Origin: Candidatus Undinarchaeota archaeon
Lineage (GTDB): Archaea > Undinarchaeota > Undinarchaeia > Undinarchaeales > UBA543
Reading direction: 5' to 3'
Assembly: GCA_964636545.1 (NCBI GenBank)
Contig: CAZWSR010000007.1
Span: 10,170 to 45,608, forward strand
Length of the DNA: 35,439 nucleotides
Shown: piece by piece, positions 1 to 7,498 of the stretch
How positions within the stretch are numbered: the first letter of the stretch is position 1
Layout: every line of letters begins with the position of its first letter
Position numbers and translations under genes: made by a program
Notes under the pieces: model-generated
What the model was told of the DNA's origin: nothing
Database searches by the model: none
The model's input: the letters and a program-made list of their open reading frames with translations, nothing else

Positions 1-420
1 CCAGCTCCAGCTCCAGCAAAAGAAACAAAGAAAAAGGGGAGTTGGAGACATCATTTAGATGAAGGTCTTCATAATGAGCTTAACAGCCTTGTTCAGCGCA
101 CACATAGCCAACGACATGCATACAAACGCACCCTAAAAGTGCGGGATGCGCAGCTTTGGGTTGCTTTAGCGCAGATGAGCAAGAGATTGGCAGATATTGA
201 AGGCAAATTAGGGCTTGTTAGTGAGGTATCTGATGATGCGGCAGAAGGCACTGGGCAGGAGGCAGTAGGTGAGGAAGAATCTAAACTCCAAAATCTAAAT
301 TCTGAACTCCAAACTCCAGAACCAATTACACCAGAAATAAAACAACCAACTCACTTCATCACATCTGGCCAACCGGTCGCTTCAACTCAAAAACAAGTTC
401 CTCTTGTGCAAGCCGAATAG
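1..420 (+). CDS. Hypothetical protein, 5'-truncated by the window edge; C-terminal tail partly built from repeat elements
   Basis: Frame 1 is open from base 1 (PAPAPAKETKKKGSWRHHLDEGLHNELNSLV...) into the listed 139..420 ORF; helical core followed by a low-complexity tail. Confidence 0.6.
   Translation, partial: PAPAPAKETKKKGSWRHHLDEGLHNELNSLVQRTHSQRHAYKRTLKVRDAQLWVALAQMSKRLADIEGKLGLVSEVSDDAAEGTGQEAVGEEESKLQNLNSELQTPEPITPEIKQPTHFITSGQPVASTQKQVPLVQAE
240..269. repeat. Heptamer repeat family A half-element (AGGCAGT-like), in frame in CDS
   Basis: ggcaga aggcact gggcagg aggcagt agg; same units as the left arms at 4266 and 5561. Confidence 0.7.
278..320. repeat. Heptamer repeat family B half-element (AATCTAA/ACTCCAA), in frame in CDS
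   Basis: aatctaa actccaa aatctaa attctga actccaa actccag; matches the right arms at 4632 and 32748. Confidence 0.75.
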
Positions 421-1018
421 GCTCTGGAATCTTTGTCAATAAGACACGTTCTACTATTTTGGCTGCTGATTCTATACTAATTTTATGACCAGGACTTACA
501 AAAACCGCAGGTGAGCCAAGCTCTTTTTTAACAAGTTTTCCAACTTTCTCATCATTTTCATAAACATATTTCCCACTATCTTCCTCCTGCACATTTCCAC
601 ACATTAGCTGAAGTGAAGCACCAATTGTTGGAACATCAAGTGCAAGACCGACATGCGATGCTATTCCAAGCCGTCTTGGATGATTTATTCCATGCCCGTT
701 TATCAAATAAACATCTGCTTTATCAAAATCCTTAATTGCATCTACAACAACCTTACCTTCTCTAAATCCTTCACATCCAGGAAGTGCTGGAAAACTTACA
801 TGTTCGCTGAAAACTCTCTTAGTTATTGCGCTTCTTTTTTCAACATTATATAACGCAAGTCCAACCTTTACATTATTTCCACGAGAATAAATCGCAATCC
901 CACAAATTGTTTTTGGATCAGCAATTAAACTATCATCTAATTGTATGTCTTCAGCTAATTGCATTTGCAATTCAGCTGCCTCTGTTACTGCTATTGATGA
1001 TGGAAAATATTTGTTCAT
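359..1018 (-). CDS. nfi: Endonuclease V family protein, catalytic residues degenerate
   Basis: GFRE, GHGINHPRRLGIASHVG, PTIG, VFVSPGH and IPEPIRLA motifs of EndoV. Confidence 0.85.
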   Translation of the reverse strand: MNKYFPSSIAVTEAAELQMQLAEDIQLDDSLIADPKTICGIAIYSRGNNVKVGLALYNVEKRSAITKRVFSEHVSFPALPGCEGFREGKVVVDAIKDFDKADVYLINGHGINHPRRLGIASHVGLALDVPTIGASLQLMCGNVQEEDSGKYVYENDEKVGKLVKKELGSPAVFVSPGHKISIESAAKIVERVLLTKIPEPIRLAQEELVFELKRPVGQM

Positions 1019-1023
1019 TTTAT

Positions 1024-1647
1024 CTACTGACCAATACCTTTTGCTGGCGGCTTTGCGTATTTTACTGCAAGGTTCCGTATATTTAGCAACTCAAGTTTTG
1101 CATTATGACTTGCCCCCCTTATCTGTGAAACAACTACAGAAAGTGCATCAACAATTGCTCTTGCTTTTCTTGCTTTGTCAGATACATTTTTTGGAGAATA
1201 ATGTGAAAGCATACTTTTTATCCACAAATCTGCTTTTGTAATTCCTTTCTCAACTCGCGAATACGCAGTTATAACTGAATCAACTTGCTGTATGCACCCG
1301 TCACTGTAGCTGACAAGTTTAGAATATGCATCCTTTGGGTTCTTAGTGAAATCGCCAAGGAAACTTGCCATTGTAGTGTCTCTGCTGTAGCTGTTTTGTA
1401 CAACATAAAATTTCTGCAAAAGTGTCTGAAGTTCAGAATCAAGTGCCTCTACTTCTATTCCTATACTTGATACATTTGAAACATCTGCACCAAAAACAAG
1501 TTTTTTTACTTCTTCTAGCTTTCCTTTTGTCCCGCTCTGGAGTGGTTTTATTGCTTTCATGTTCTCCAAGAACTTATTCGACTGACTAACCAGTCTCATA
1601 ACTTTGTTTGCAAAATCTCCTTGTGTACTATACAATGGCTCGTTCAT
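1024..1647 (-). CDS. Hypothetical, predicted all-helical protein
   Basis: 207-aa ORF, tightly packed with the nfi-like gene, no recognised motif. Confidence 0.7.
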   Translation of the reverse strand: MNEPLYSTQGDFANKVMRLVSQSNKFLENMKAIKPLQSGTKGKLEEVKKLVFGADVSNVSSIGIEVEALDSELQTLLQKFYVVQNSYSRDTTMASFLGDFTKNPKDAYSKLVSYSDGCIQQVDSVITAYSRVEKGITKADLWIKSMLSHYSPKNVSDKARKARAIVDALSVVVSQIRGASHNAKLELLNIRNLAVKYAKPPAKGIGQ

Positions 1648-1697
1648 TGCAATACTCTAAGATTTGCTTGAATAAATACCTTGTTGTTGTTAAGAAT

Positions 1698-2456
1698 TCA
1701 GAAAACTATACTGCCAGTCCACGCATGCTCAAACATCTGTCCAAGTGAATTAGCAAGGTAATTTCCCTTCACCCAAACCCCAGCATTTGGGGATGTGAGT
1801 AAAAATGCCTCTTTTCCGTCCTTTACTAAAAACCGCCCATTCAAATTTTTGTTGTGTCGTGTGTCTGCAAAACTTTTGAAATTATCTGGAAGTTTTGCCT
1901 TGTGATTACTAGTGATTATTCTGGTTTTTACGCCTCGTTTTTTAGCTGAATTCAAGTGAACTCTGTGGTGCTTGTGCAATCTTTCAAGTCCTTTATTATC
2001 TGTAACTTTCAAAATACTTTTTCCTGCACTTGATATCATTTCTTTTATGTGATTTTGAATATTATCTTCTCCTCTGATAATGCTTATGCCGCCTTCTTCT
2101 TTTCCAGAAGTGTTTATTATTTTTCCAAGCTCTTTTTCAAGATCATTTCCGACATTATCAAGATGATCAAGCTGTTGCTTATATTCTGTTTCTGCAAAAC
2201 CCTTTAATTTGTCAACAATCATTTTTGGTTTAACTGCTGCATATTTTACAGGTCTGCCAAGCTGAGCAAGTGAGAAACCTTTCTTTTCCAAACTTCCTAG
2301 AACATCATAAACTCTTGATCTTGGTACTTTAGAACTCTCCGCAATTTCTCCAACAGTTGAAACTCCTCGTGATAATAATGATTTGTATACTGCCGACTCA
2401 TACTGGTTTAGGCCGACTCTTTTCAAAAGATTTTGAGTATTGTCCTCAACTTTCAT
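1698..2456 (-). CDS. trmB: TrmB family transcriptional regulator
   Basis: GLNQYESAVY...EIAESSKVPRSRVYDVLGSLEKKG...GRPVKY wHTH plus C-terminal effector-like domain. Confidence 0.9.
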   Translation of the reverse strand: MKVEDNTQNLLKRVGLNQYESAVYKSLLSRGVSTVGEIAESSKVPRSRVYDVLGSLEKKGFSLAQLGRPVKYAAVKPKMIVDKLKGFAETEYKQQLDHLDNVGNDLEKELGKIINTSGKEEGGISIIRGEDNIQNHIKEMISSAGKSILKVTDNKGLERLHKHHRVHLNSAKKRGVKTRIITSNHKAKLPDNFKSFADTRHNKNLNGRFLVKDGKEAFLLTSPNAGVWVKGNYLANSLGQMFEHAWTGSIVF

Positions 2457-2533
2457 TAATATTTCCCTCAGGTAATTTACAATGTCTGTGAAGTAGTATT
2501 TAATTATTATTGTTCAGTGGTAACTATCAAAAA

Positions 2534-4204
2534 TCACTTCTTTTGCATCTGATATAGCCTTTCAACCTTGTCAATTGTGTCAGTATCGCTTGGTCCTTTG
2601 TCATTTCTAATGGTTTTGACTCGCGGAAACCTCAAAGCAAATCCACTTTCATAAGTTGGGCTCCTCTGAATTTCCTCATATCCTACTTCAACAATGATTT
2701 TTGGAGTTATCTCAACTGTATTGATATTCTCCTCAGTGATATTTGGCTTAAGTAAATTGGTCAGCTCTTCTAAATCAGCATCAGACAAGCCAGTTGCAAC
2801 CTTTCCAACTTGAACAAATTCTCCTCTGTCTGTATCATTTGCACCTAGAATAAACGAGCCCATCCACTTTTTCCTGCGCCCCTCTCCCCAAAGTGCTCCA
2901 ATAATTGCAAGGTCCAGCGTTTCCATTTCTGGTTTGATCTTTTCCATGTGCTTAACTCTTGAGCCAGGTGTGTAAATTGATTTCAAATTCTTTGCCATAA
3001 CTCCTTCATGTCCCATTTTCAAAGCTTTCTCATACAATGCTTCTGCCTTTTTCTCATCACCAGTAACAATCTGGCCTGCAACTTGGAATTTTCCTTCAAC
3101 TCCCTTCACAATTGATTCAAGTTTTTTTCTGCGCTCATCAAATGGAGTCTCAACCATACTCTTGCCTTCAAGCATCATAATATCAAACAAGTAAACATCA
3201 ACTGGAATCTCTTTTTGCAATTCCTCAATATCATATTTCCTTTTTATTCTTCTAGATAATTTCTGGAACGGAAGAGGCCTCTTGGTTTTTGGGTCTGTTC
3301 CTACTGCTTCTCCTTCAACAATGCACTTGTCTGTTGTAATACATTTTCTTGCATATTCAGCAATTTCTGGAAATTGTTTTGTAACATTATCTAATCGTCT
3401 TGTGAAAACAGTAATTTCTTTTCCATTTTTGTGAATTTGCATTCTCATGCCATCAAATTTAATTTCAAAAGCAGCTGTTCCGCCCATGTATTCAATTGCT
3501 TCCTTAATTCCCTTAGCTTTTTGAGCAAGCATTGGCTTTAGTGGATGTCCCAATTCCATTTTCAATTTCTCAAGTCCAGTCTTTCCTGATTTCTTCGCAA
3601 CTTTAGCAACTTCTCCAAAATCATTTGTAACATTATTTGCTTTTTCAACAAGATCTTCCTCAACATTAAATGCCTTTGCAATAGCGTTTCTCACAATTCC
3701 TTCGCCAACACCAACACGCATCTCCTGCATAACGGTTCTAACAATATATTTTGCCTCAACTGGCCTAGCTGAGCTCAGTAATTCTGACAAAAGCGCAACT
3801 TTTAATGCAATTGCGCCACTTCCACTCTGCTCTGGAATCTTAATTAAATTCTCATAAACTTTATTGATTGTAAGTTTCTGTGAAGCTAGTGTGGCTTGTT
3901 TCTTTTTTTCCATTACTGCTTCAGCACCTTCACCAATATCTCCGAACTTCCTGATTTCTTTTTTTACTTCATCATCAGGCAATCCGGCTGTTTTTGAAAG
4001 TGTTTTAATCATTATATTTGCAGCAACACCTAATTCTACTTCAGACCATGCTGGAAAAATCCTTCCTTGAACTAGTAATGCAACTATTGGAAGCTGTTCA
4101 GGAGGGCAATTCTTGAAAAAATCAGCTACAATATCACGTTTTTCTAATTTCTTTGTGGTCTTTTCCAGATCCTGATAAACAGTAGCTAGTTTTGCATAAT
4201 CCAT
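2534..4204 (-). CDS. lig: ATP-dependent DNA ligase
   Basis: KPMLA, motif I EIKFDGMR, VEGE, YLFDI, EGVMAK, KIKP, ALRFPR. Confidence 0.97.
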   Translation of the reverse strand: MDYAKLATVYQDLEKTTKKLEKRDIVADFFKNCPPEQLPIVALLVQGRIFPAWSEVELGVAANIMIKTLSKTAGLPDDEVKKEIRKFGDIGEGAEAVMEKKKQATLASQKLTINKVYENLIKIPEQSGSGAIALKVALLSELLSSARPVEAKYIVRTVMQEMRVGVGEGIVRNAIAKAFNVEEDLVEKANNVTNDFGEVAKVAKKSGKTGLEKLKMELGHPLKPMLAQKAKGIKEAIEYMGGTAAFEIKFDGMRMQIHKNGKEITVFTRRLDNVTKQFPEIAEYARKCITTDKCIVEGEAVGTDPKTKRPLPFQKLSRRIKRKYDIEELQKEIPVDVYLFDIMMLEGKSMVETPFDERRKKLESIVKGVEGKFQVAGQIVTGDEKKAEALYEKALKMGHEGVMAKNLKSIYTPGSRVKHMEKIKPEMETLDLAIIGALWGEGRRKKWMGSFILGANDTDRGEFVQVGKVATGLSDADLEELTNLLKPNITEENINTVEITPKIIVEVGYEEIQRSPTYESGFALRFPRVKTIRNDKGPSDTDTIDKVERLYQMQKK

Positions 4205-4259
4205 TATCTTTGGTTTGTAGTGTTCTCCTTATAACTTTTGCCAGTAGTGTTGTTGAAAT

Positions 4260-4337
4260 TTTTTCAGGCAGTAGGTGGTAGGTACTAGGCAGTGGGTTAA
4301 CCTACTACCCACTACCTACTGCCCAATGCCTGGAAAA
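4260..4337. repeat. Family A palindromic heptamer element
   Basis: ttttc aggcagt aggtggt aggtact aggcagt ggg ttaa cct actaccc actacct actgccc aatgcct ggaaaa; imperfect inverted repeat centred on ggttaacc. Confidence 0.9.
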
Positions 4338-4393
4338 GATTTAACAAGAGTCAACGAAACATATTTAAAGGATAATATACGCGTTTTCAAACG

Positions 4394-4576
4394 GTGATAT
4401 ATGTGGAGACAGGTAACATTGACAACGAAAGCGAGCAAACAGGTGTTTGCTACAAGTGCAACGGACCAGGAGAGTATCAGTGCAGAATGGAGAATTGTAA
4501 AAATTCTTTCTGTGCAGAACATGGAAATGTGGAAGAACAGCGCTGTGGTAAATGTGATCAGGACTACAATTTCTGA
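4394..4576 (+). CDS. Small zinc-finger protein (CxxC-C-C-CxxH-CxxC); start possibly GTG at 4403
   Basis: CYKC...QC...NC...FCAEH...CGKC gives 8 potential Zn ligands; TATA-like tatttaaa near 4362 and SD-like ggtga at 4393. Confidence 0.7.
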   Translation: MIYVETGNIDNESEQTGVCYKCNGPGEYQCRMENCKNSFCAEHGNVEEQRCGKCDQDYNF

Positions 4577-4592
4577 TAGTTTGTGAGATTGG

Positions 4593-4658
4593 TTCAGAAT
4601 TTAGAGTTTTGATTTTGGAATTTAGAGTTGATTCCAAACTCTAAACTCCAAATTCTAA
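4593..4658. repeat. Family B palindromic heptamer element between convergent genes
   Basis: ttcagaa tttagag ttttgat tttggaa tttagag ttga ttccaaa ctctaaa ctccaaa ttctaa. Confidence 0.9.
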
Positions 4659-5525
4659 CTATCGTTTCGCCTTTCCGCCGTTAATAACAAACATCCTAGG
4701 GTAAGGGATTTCTATTCTGCGCTTTCTGAATTCTTTTTTAATTGCGTAGCGTAAATCAGACGGAGTTTTCTTTATAAAATGAGCATTTGGTATCCATGCA
4801 CGAAGTTCTAATTTTACTCCAGAATCACCAAAATCATCAATAACAATATCTGGAGCAGGATCTTTCATAACTTCTTTATTCTTTTTTGCAACATCAATCA
4901 GTGCTTTCTTTGCTTTGTCTAAATCAGTCTCATAACTAACACTTACATCAACTTTTACTCTGATTTTTGGATCTTTCTTTGAGTAATTGATTATCTGTGA
5001 CTCTGCAACCAGATTGTTTGGCAAAATTATTAAATTATTATCAAAAGTTTTCAAATGTGTGCTTCTAAGTCCAATATCGTATAATCTTCCTGTTAAGTCC
5101 CCGATTTTTACCATATCTCCAATCTTGAATGGCTCATCAAGGAATATTGAAATTCCTGCAAATACATTTGAAAGTGAATCTCTTAGTGCGAAACCAAGAA
5201 CAATACCAAGTATTCCAGCTGAAGTCAGCATTGGCATAAGAATTCCTTGTATTCCTAAACTTGGTAGAATTATCAAAAGCGCAGCAACATATACAACTCC
5301 CTTTACTATAATCTCAGAAAGCTCAAGAACAGTTGGTTCAATATGCCCTTTCATGTGTTTGCGCATTAATCCACTAATACCTTTTACTAGAAAATGCGCT
5401 GCAGCTAATATGAGAACAACAATTCCAATTTTGATTGACCATTGAAACCATACTTGAGTTGTTGCAGTTACAGTGCTTAGGAATGTTTCGAACATTATTA
5501 TCAATTTTGCATAATCATCTAGCAT
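4659..5525 (-). CDS. mscS: Small-conductance mechanosensitive channel
   Basis: Three TM helices, GFALRDSLSNVFAG, PFKIGD, IGLRST, IPYP. Confidence 0.92.
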   Translation of the reverse strand: MLDDYAKLIIMFETFLSTVTATTQVWFQWSIKIGIVVLILAAAHFLVKGISGLMRKHMKGHIEPTVLELSEIIVKGVVYVAALLIILPSLGIQGILMPMLTSAGILGIVLGFALRDSLSNVFAGISIFLDEPFKIGDMVKIGDLTGRLYDIGLRSTHLKTFDNNLIILPNNLVAESQIINYSKKDPKIRVKVDVSVSYETDLDKAKKALIDVAKKNKEVMKDPAPDIVIDDFGDSGVKLELRAWIPNAHFIKKTPSDLRYAIKKEFRKRRIEIPYPRMFVINGGKAKR

Positions 5526-5559
5526 TTATATAGTTAATCACCTAACATTTTACTGATAT

Positions 5560-5626
5560 TGGCAGGAGGCATTGGGCACTAGGCAGTAGCCCTCATCTAC
5601 TACCCACTGCCTACTACCTACTGCCT
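5560..5626. repeat. Family A palindromic heptamer element
   Basis: ggcagg aggcatt gggcact aggcagt ag ccctcat ct actaccc actgcct actacct actgcct. Confidence 0.9.
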
Positions 5627-5634
5627 TTAACCAA

Positions 5635-6471
5635 ATGAACCAACTACTATTCGGCACCGCTGGTGTCCCAATAAGCTCAACAAAGAGCGATAGTGCTTCA
5701 GCACTTGAAAAAGTCAAGGAGCTTGGGCTGGGCTGTATGGAATTGGAGTTTGTGCGCGGAGTACGAATGGGCGAAGCAACAGCTAAAACAGTTGCTGAAA
5801 ATCAAAAGAAAACTGGAATTGTCTTGTCAGCACATGCTCCGTATTACATTAATTTAAATTCTCAAACTCCTGAAAAGCAGAAAGCCTCAATCAATCGTAT
5901 ATTAAAAACAGCAAGAATCGCAAATATTTGTGGGGCCAAGACATTTACATTCCATGCTGGTTTTTTCATGGGACAAGAACCAGCAAAAGTTTATGAAAAA
6001 ATCAAAATAGAGTTGAAAAGCATTGTCAAAACTTTGCGAGATGAAGGAAATAAGATCCTTGTCAGGCCAGAAACAACTGGAAAACTAACTCAATTTTCTG
6101 GATTAGAAGACCTTTGCATGATTTCTCAAGAACTTTCTGGAGTGCTTCCTTGTGTTGATTTTGCTCATTTGCATGCAAGAACTGGTGGGAAAGATAATAC
6201 TACTACAGAATTCAGAACAATGCTTGAAGTATTAGAGAAAACACTTGGCCGCAAAGTATTGGACAACATGCACATCCACATGTCTGGAATAAATTATACT
6301 GCAAAAGGAGAGCGGAACCATCTGGTTTTGGAAGAATCAGATTTCAAATGGAGAGAACTTTTGAAAGTTTGGAAAGAGTTCAATATTAAAGGAATTGTTA
6401 TTTCAGAAAGTCCGAATATTGAAGAGGATGCGTTATTGATGCAAAACTTCTATAAATCATTAAAACCTTAA
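5635..6471 (+). CDS. nfo: Endonuclease IV (AP endonuclease family 2)
   Basis: SAHAPYYINL, FHAG, RPETTG, CVDFAH, HIHMSG, GERNH and ISESP metal-ligand motifs. Confidence 0.9.
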   Translation: MNQLLFGTAGVPISSTKSDSASALEKVKELGLGCMELEFVRGVRMGEATAKTVAENQKKTGIVLSAHAPYYINLNSQTPEKQKASINRILKTARIANICGAKTFTFHAGFFMGQEPAKVYEKIKIELKSIVKTLRDEGNKILVRPETTGKLTQFSGLEDLCMISQELSGVLPCVDFAHLHARTGGKDNTTTEFRTMLEVLEKTLGRKVLDNMHIHMSGINYTAKGERNHLVLEESDFKWRELLKVWKEFNIKGIVISESPNIEEDALLMQNFYKSLKP

Positions 6472-6479
6472 TATTTTCC

Positions 6480-7319
6480 ATGGGTCTTGGAAAGATTATT
6501 CACAAATTCATTCATTATGATGGCAAATCAGTTCTAATTGACGAGGAAACTGATCTTCATGGTACTTTCTACTCTCCTAAAAAACTAGAAGCAAATGATG
6601 TTGGAGTTATAATCTGTCACGGACTTACGCTTTTCCGCAAATTATTTGAGCCAATGGCAAAAGTAATTCGCAATCGCGGTTTTGACGTACTCACTATGAC
6701 TTTCCGCGGCCATGGTTTGAGTCGTTTTGGCAAAAACAAGCAGCTTCGTAAACTAACATTAGAAAATGCATTGGAAGATGTTAAGCACAGTATAAATTTC
6801 ATGCAAAATCCTGAAGAGAAGTATAAATTGCGTTCTCACAAGAAAGTTATACTGGTCGGCCACAGTTTAGGGGCATTAATGTCCCTAAAAGCATCCATTT
6901 GTGATAATGTTAAACAAGATATTGTTGGTGTTGTTCTTGTTGGCTGTCCAATAAAACTTGCAGATTATAAATTTCGGACAGCTGCAATATTTGGTGCTGC
7001 AAAGTTTCTTGCAAATGTTGATTTTTCAGAAGTTCGCAAGCAGCTTAAAAATTTTGATGCAATGGTTGACATCGAAAAAGTAGATCTTCCAACAATAATG
7101 ATTTATGGAAAACTTGATGAACTCTTGTTATTATATCAAAAAAAGCCAGAGTTACTAGAAAAAGCAATCAACGACGTTAATTCTGATGTTGACTTTGAAA
7201 CAATTGATGGTATGTTCCATAACTCAATTAATTTATTGCACAAATTAGGTGTGAAGACTTCTGTGGAAAAGTGTCATAAGCTTATTGCTGATTGGATTGA
7301 AAAACACGCTAAAAATTAA
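6480..7319 (+). CDS. Alpha/beta hydrolase
   Basis: ICHG, FRGHG, nucleophile elbow GHSLG, G-x-x-D and C-terminal His (MFH). Confidence 0.88.
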   Translation: MGLGKIIHKFIHYDGKSVLIDEETDLHGTFYSPKKLEANDVGVIICHGLTLFRKLFEPMAKVIRNRGFDVLTMTFRGHGLSRFGKNKQLRKLTLENALEDVKHSINFMQNPEEKYKLRSHKKVILVGHSLGALMSLKASICDNVKQDIVGVVLVGCPIKLADYKFRTAAIFGAAKFLANVDFSEVRKQLKNFDAMVDIEKVDLPTIMIYGKLDELLLLYQKKPELLEKAINDVNSDVDFETIDGMFHNSINLLHKLGVKTSVEKCHKLIADWIEKHAKN

Positions 7320-7381
7320 CCTTTAATAGAAATTAGTGGTTTAACTTTAACAACTTTCTTCGCAATACCAGCATTGTGCAC
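7316..7381 (-). pseudogene. Displaced duplicate of the rtcB 3' end (HNAGIAKKVVKVKPLISIKG*)
   Basis: 32-bp identity between 7338-7369 and 7521-7552, with mostly synonymous divergence on either side. Confidence 0.9.
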
Positions 7382-7434
7382 CCCATCGCCGCTGATATTT
7401 GAATTGGTGAAATTTGTTAATTGGTTCTTGAGTG

Positions 7435-7494
7435 GACGCCCGGCGAGTGCGTCACGTCGTGGGGTGTTCGCTCACTTTGTTCGCTCAACCCCAC
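7435..7494. repeat. GC-rich REP-like hairpin insert between the two rtcB tails
   Basis: gacgc/gcgtc stem (7435-7453); gtggggt/accccac stem (7459-7494) enclosing gttcgctca twice. Confidence 0.75.
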
Positions 7495-7498
7495 ATAG

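Noticed and set aside
4987-5445. Antisense ORFs over mscS, oapA (11946-12467), the permeases (22526-23023) and rps3ae/rps15 (33443-33898)
   Set aside because: They overlap confidently assigned genes on the opposite strand and show no motifs.
4260-5626. CRISPR array
   Set aside because: The repeats are tandem degenerate heptamers without unique spacers, and there are no cas genes.
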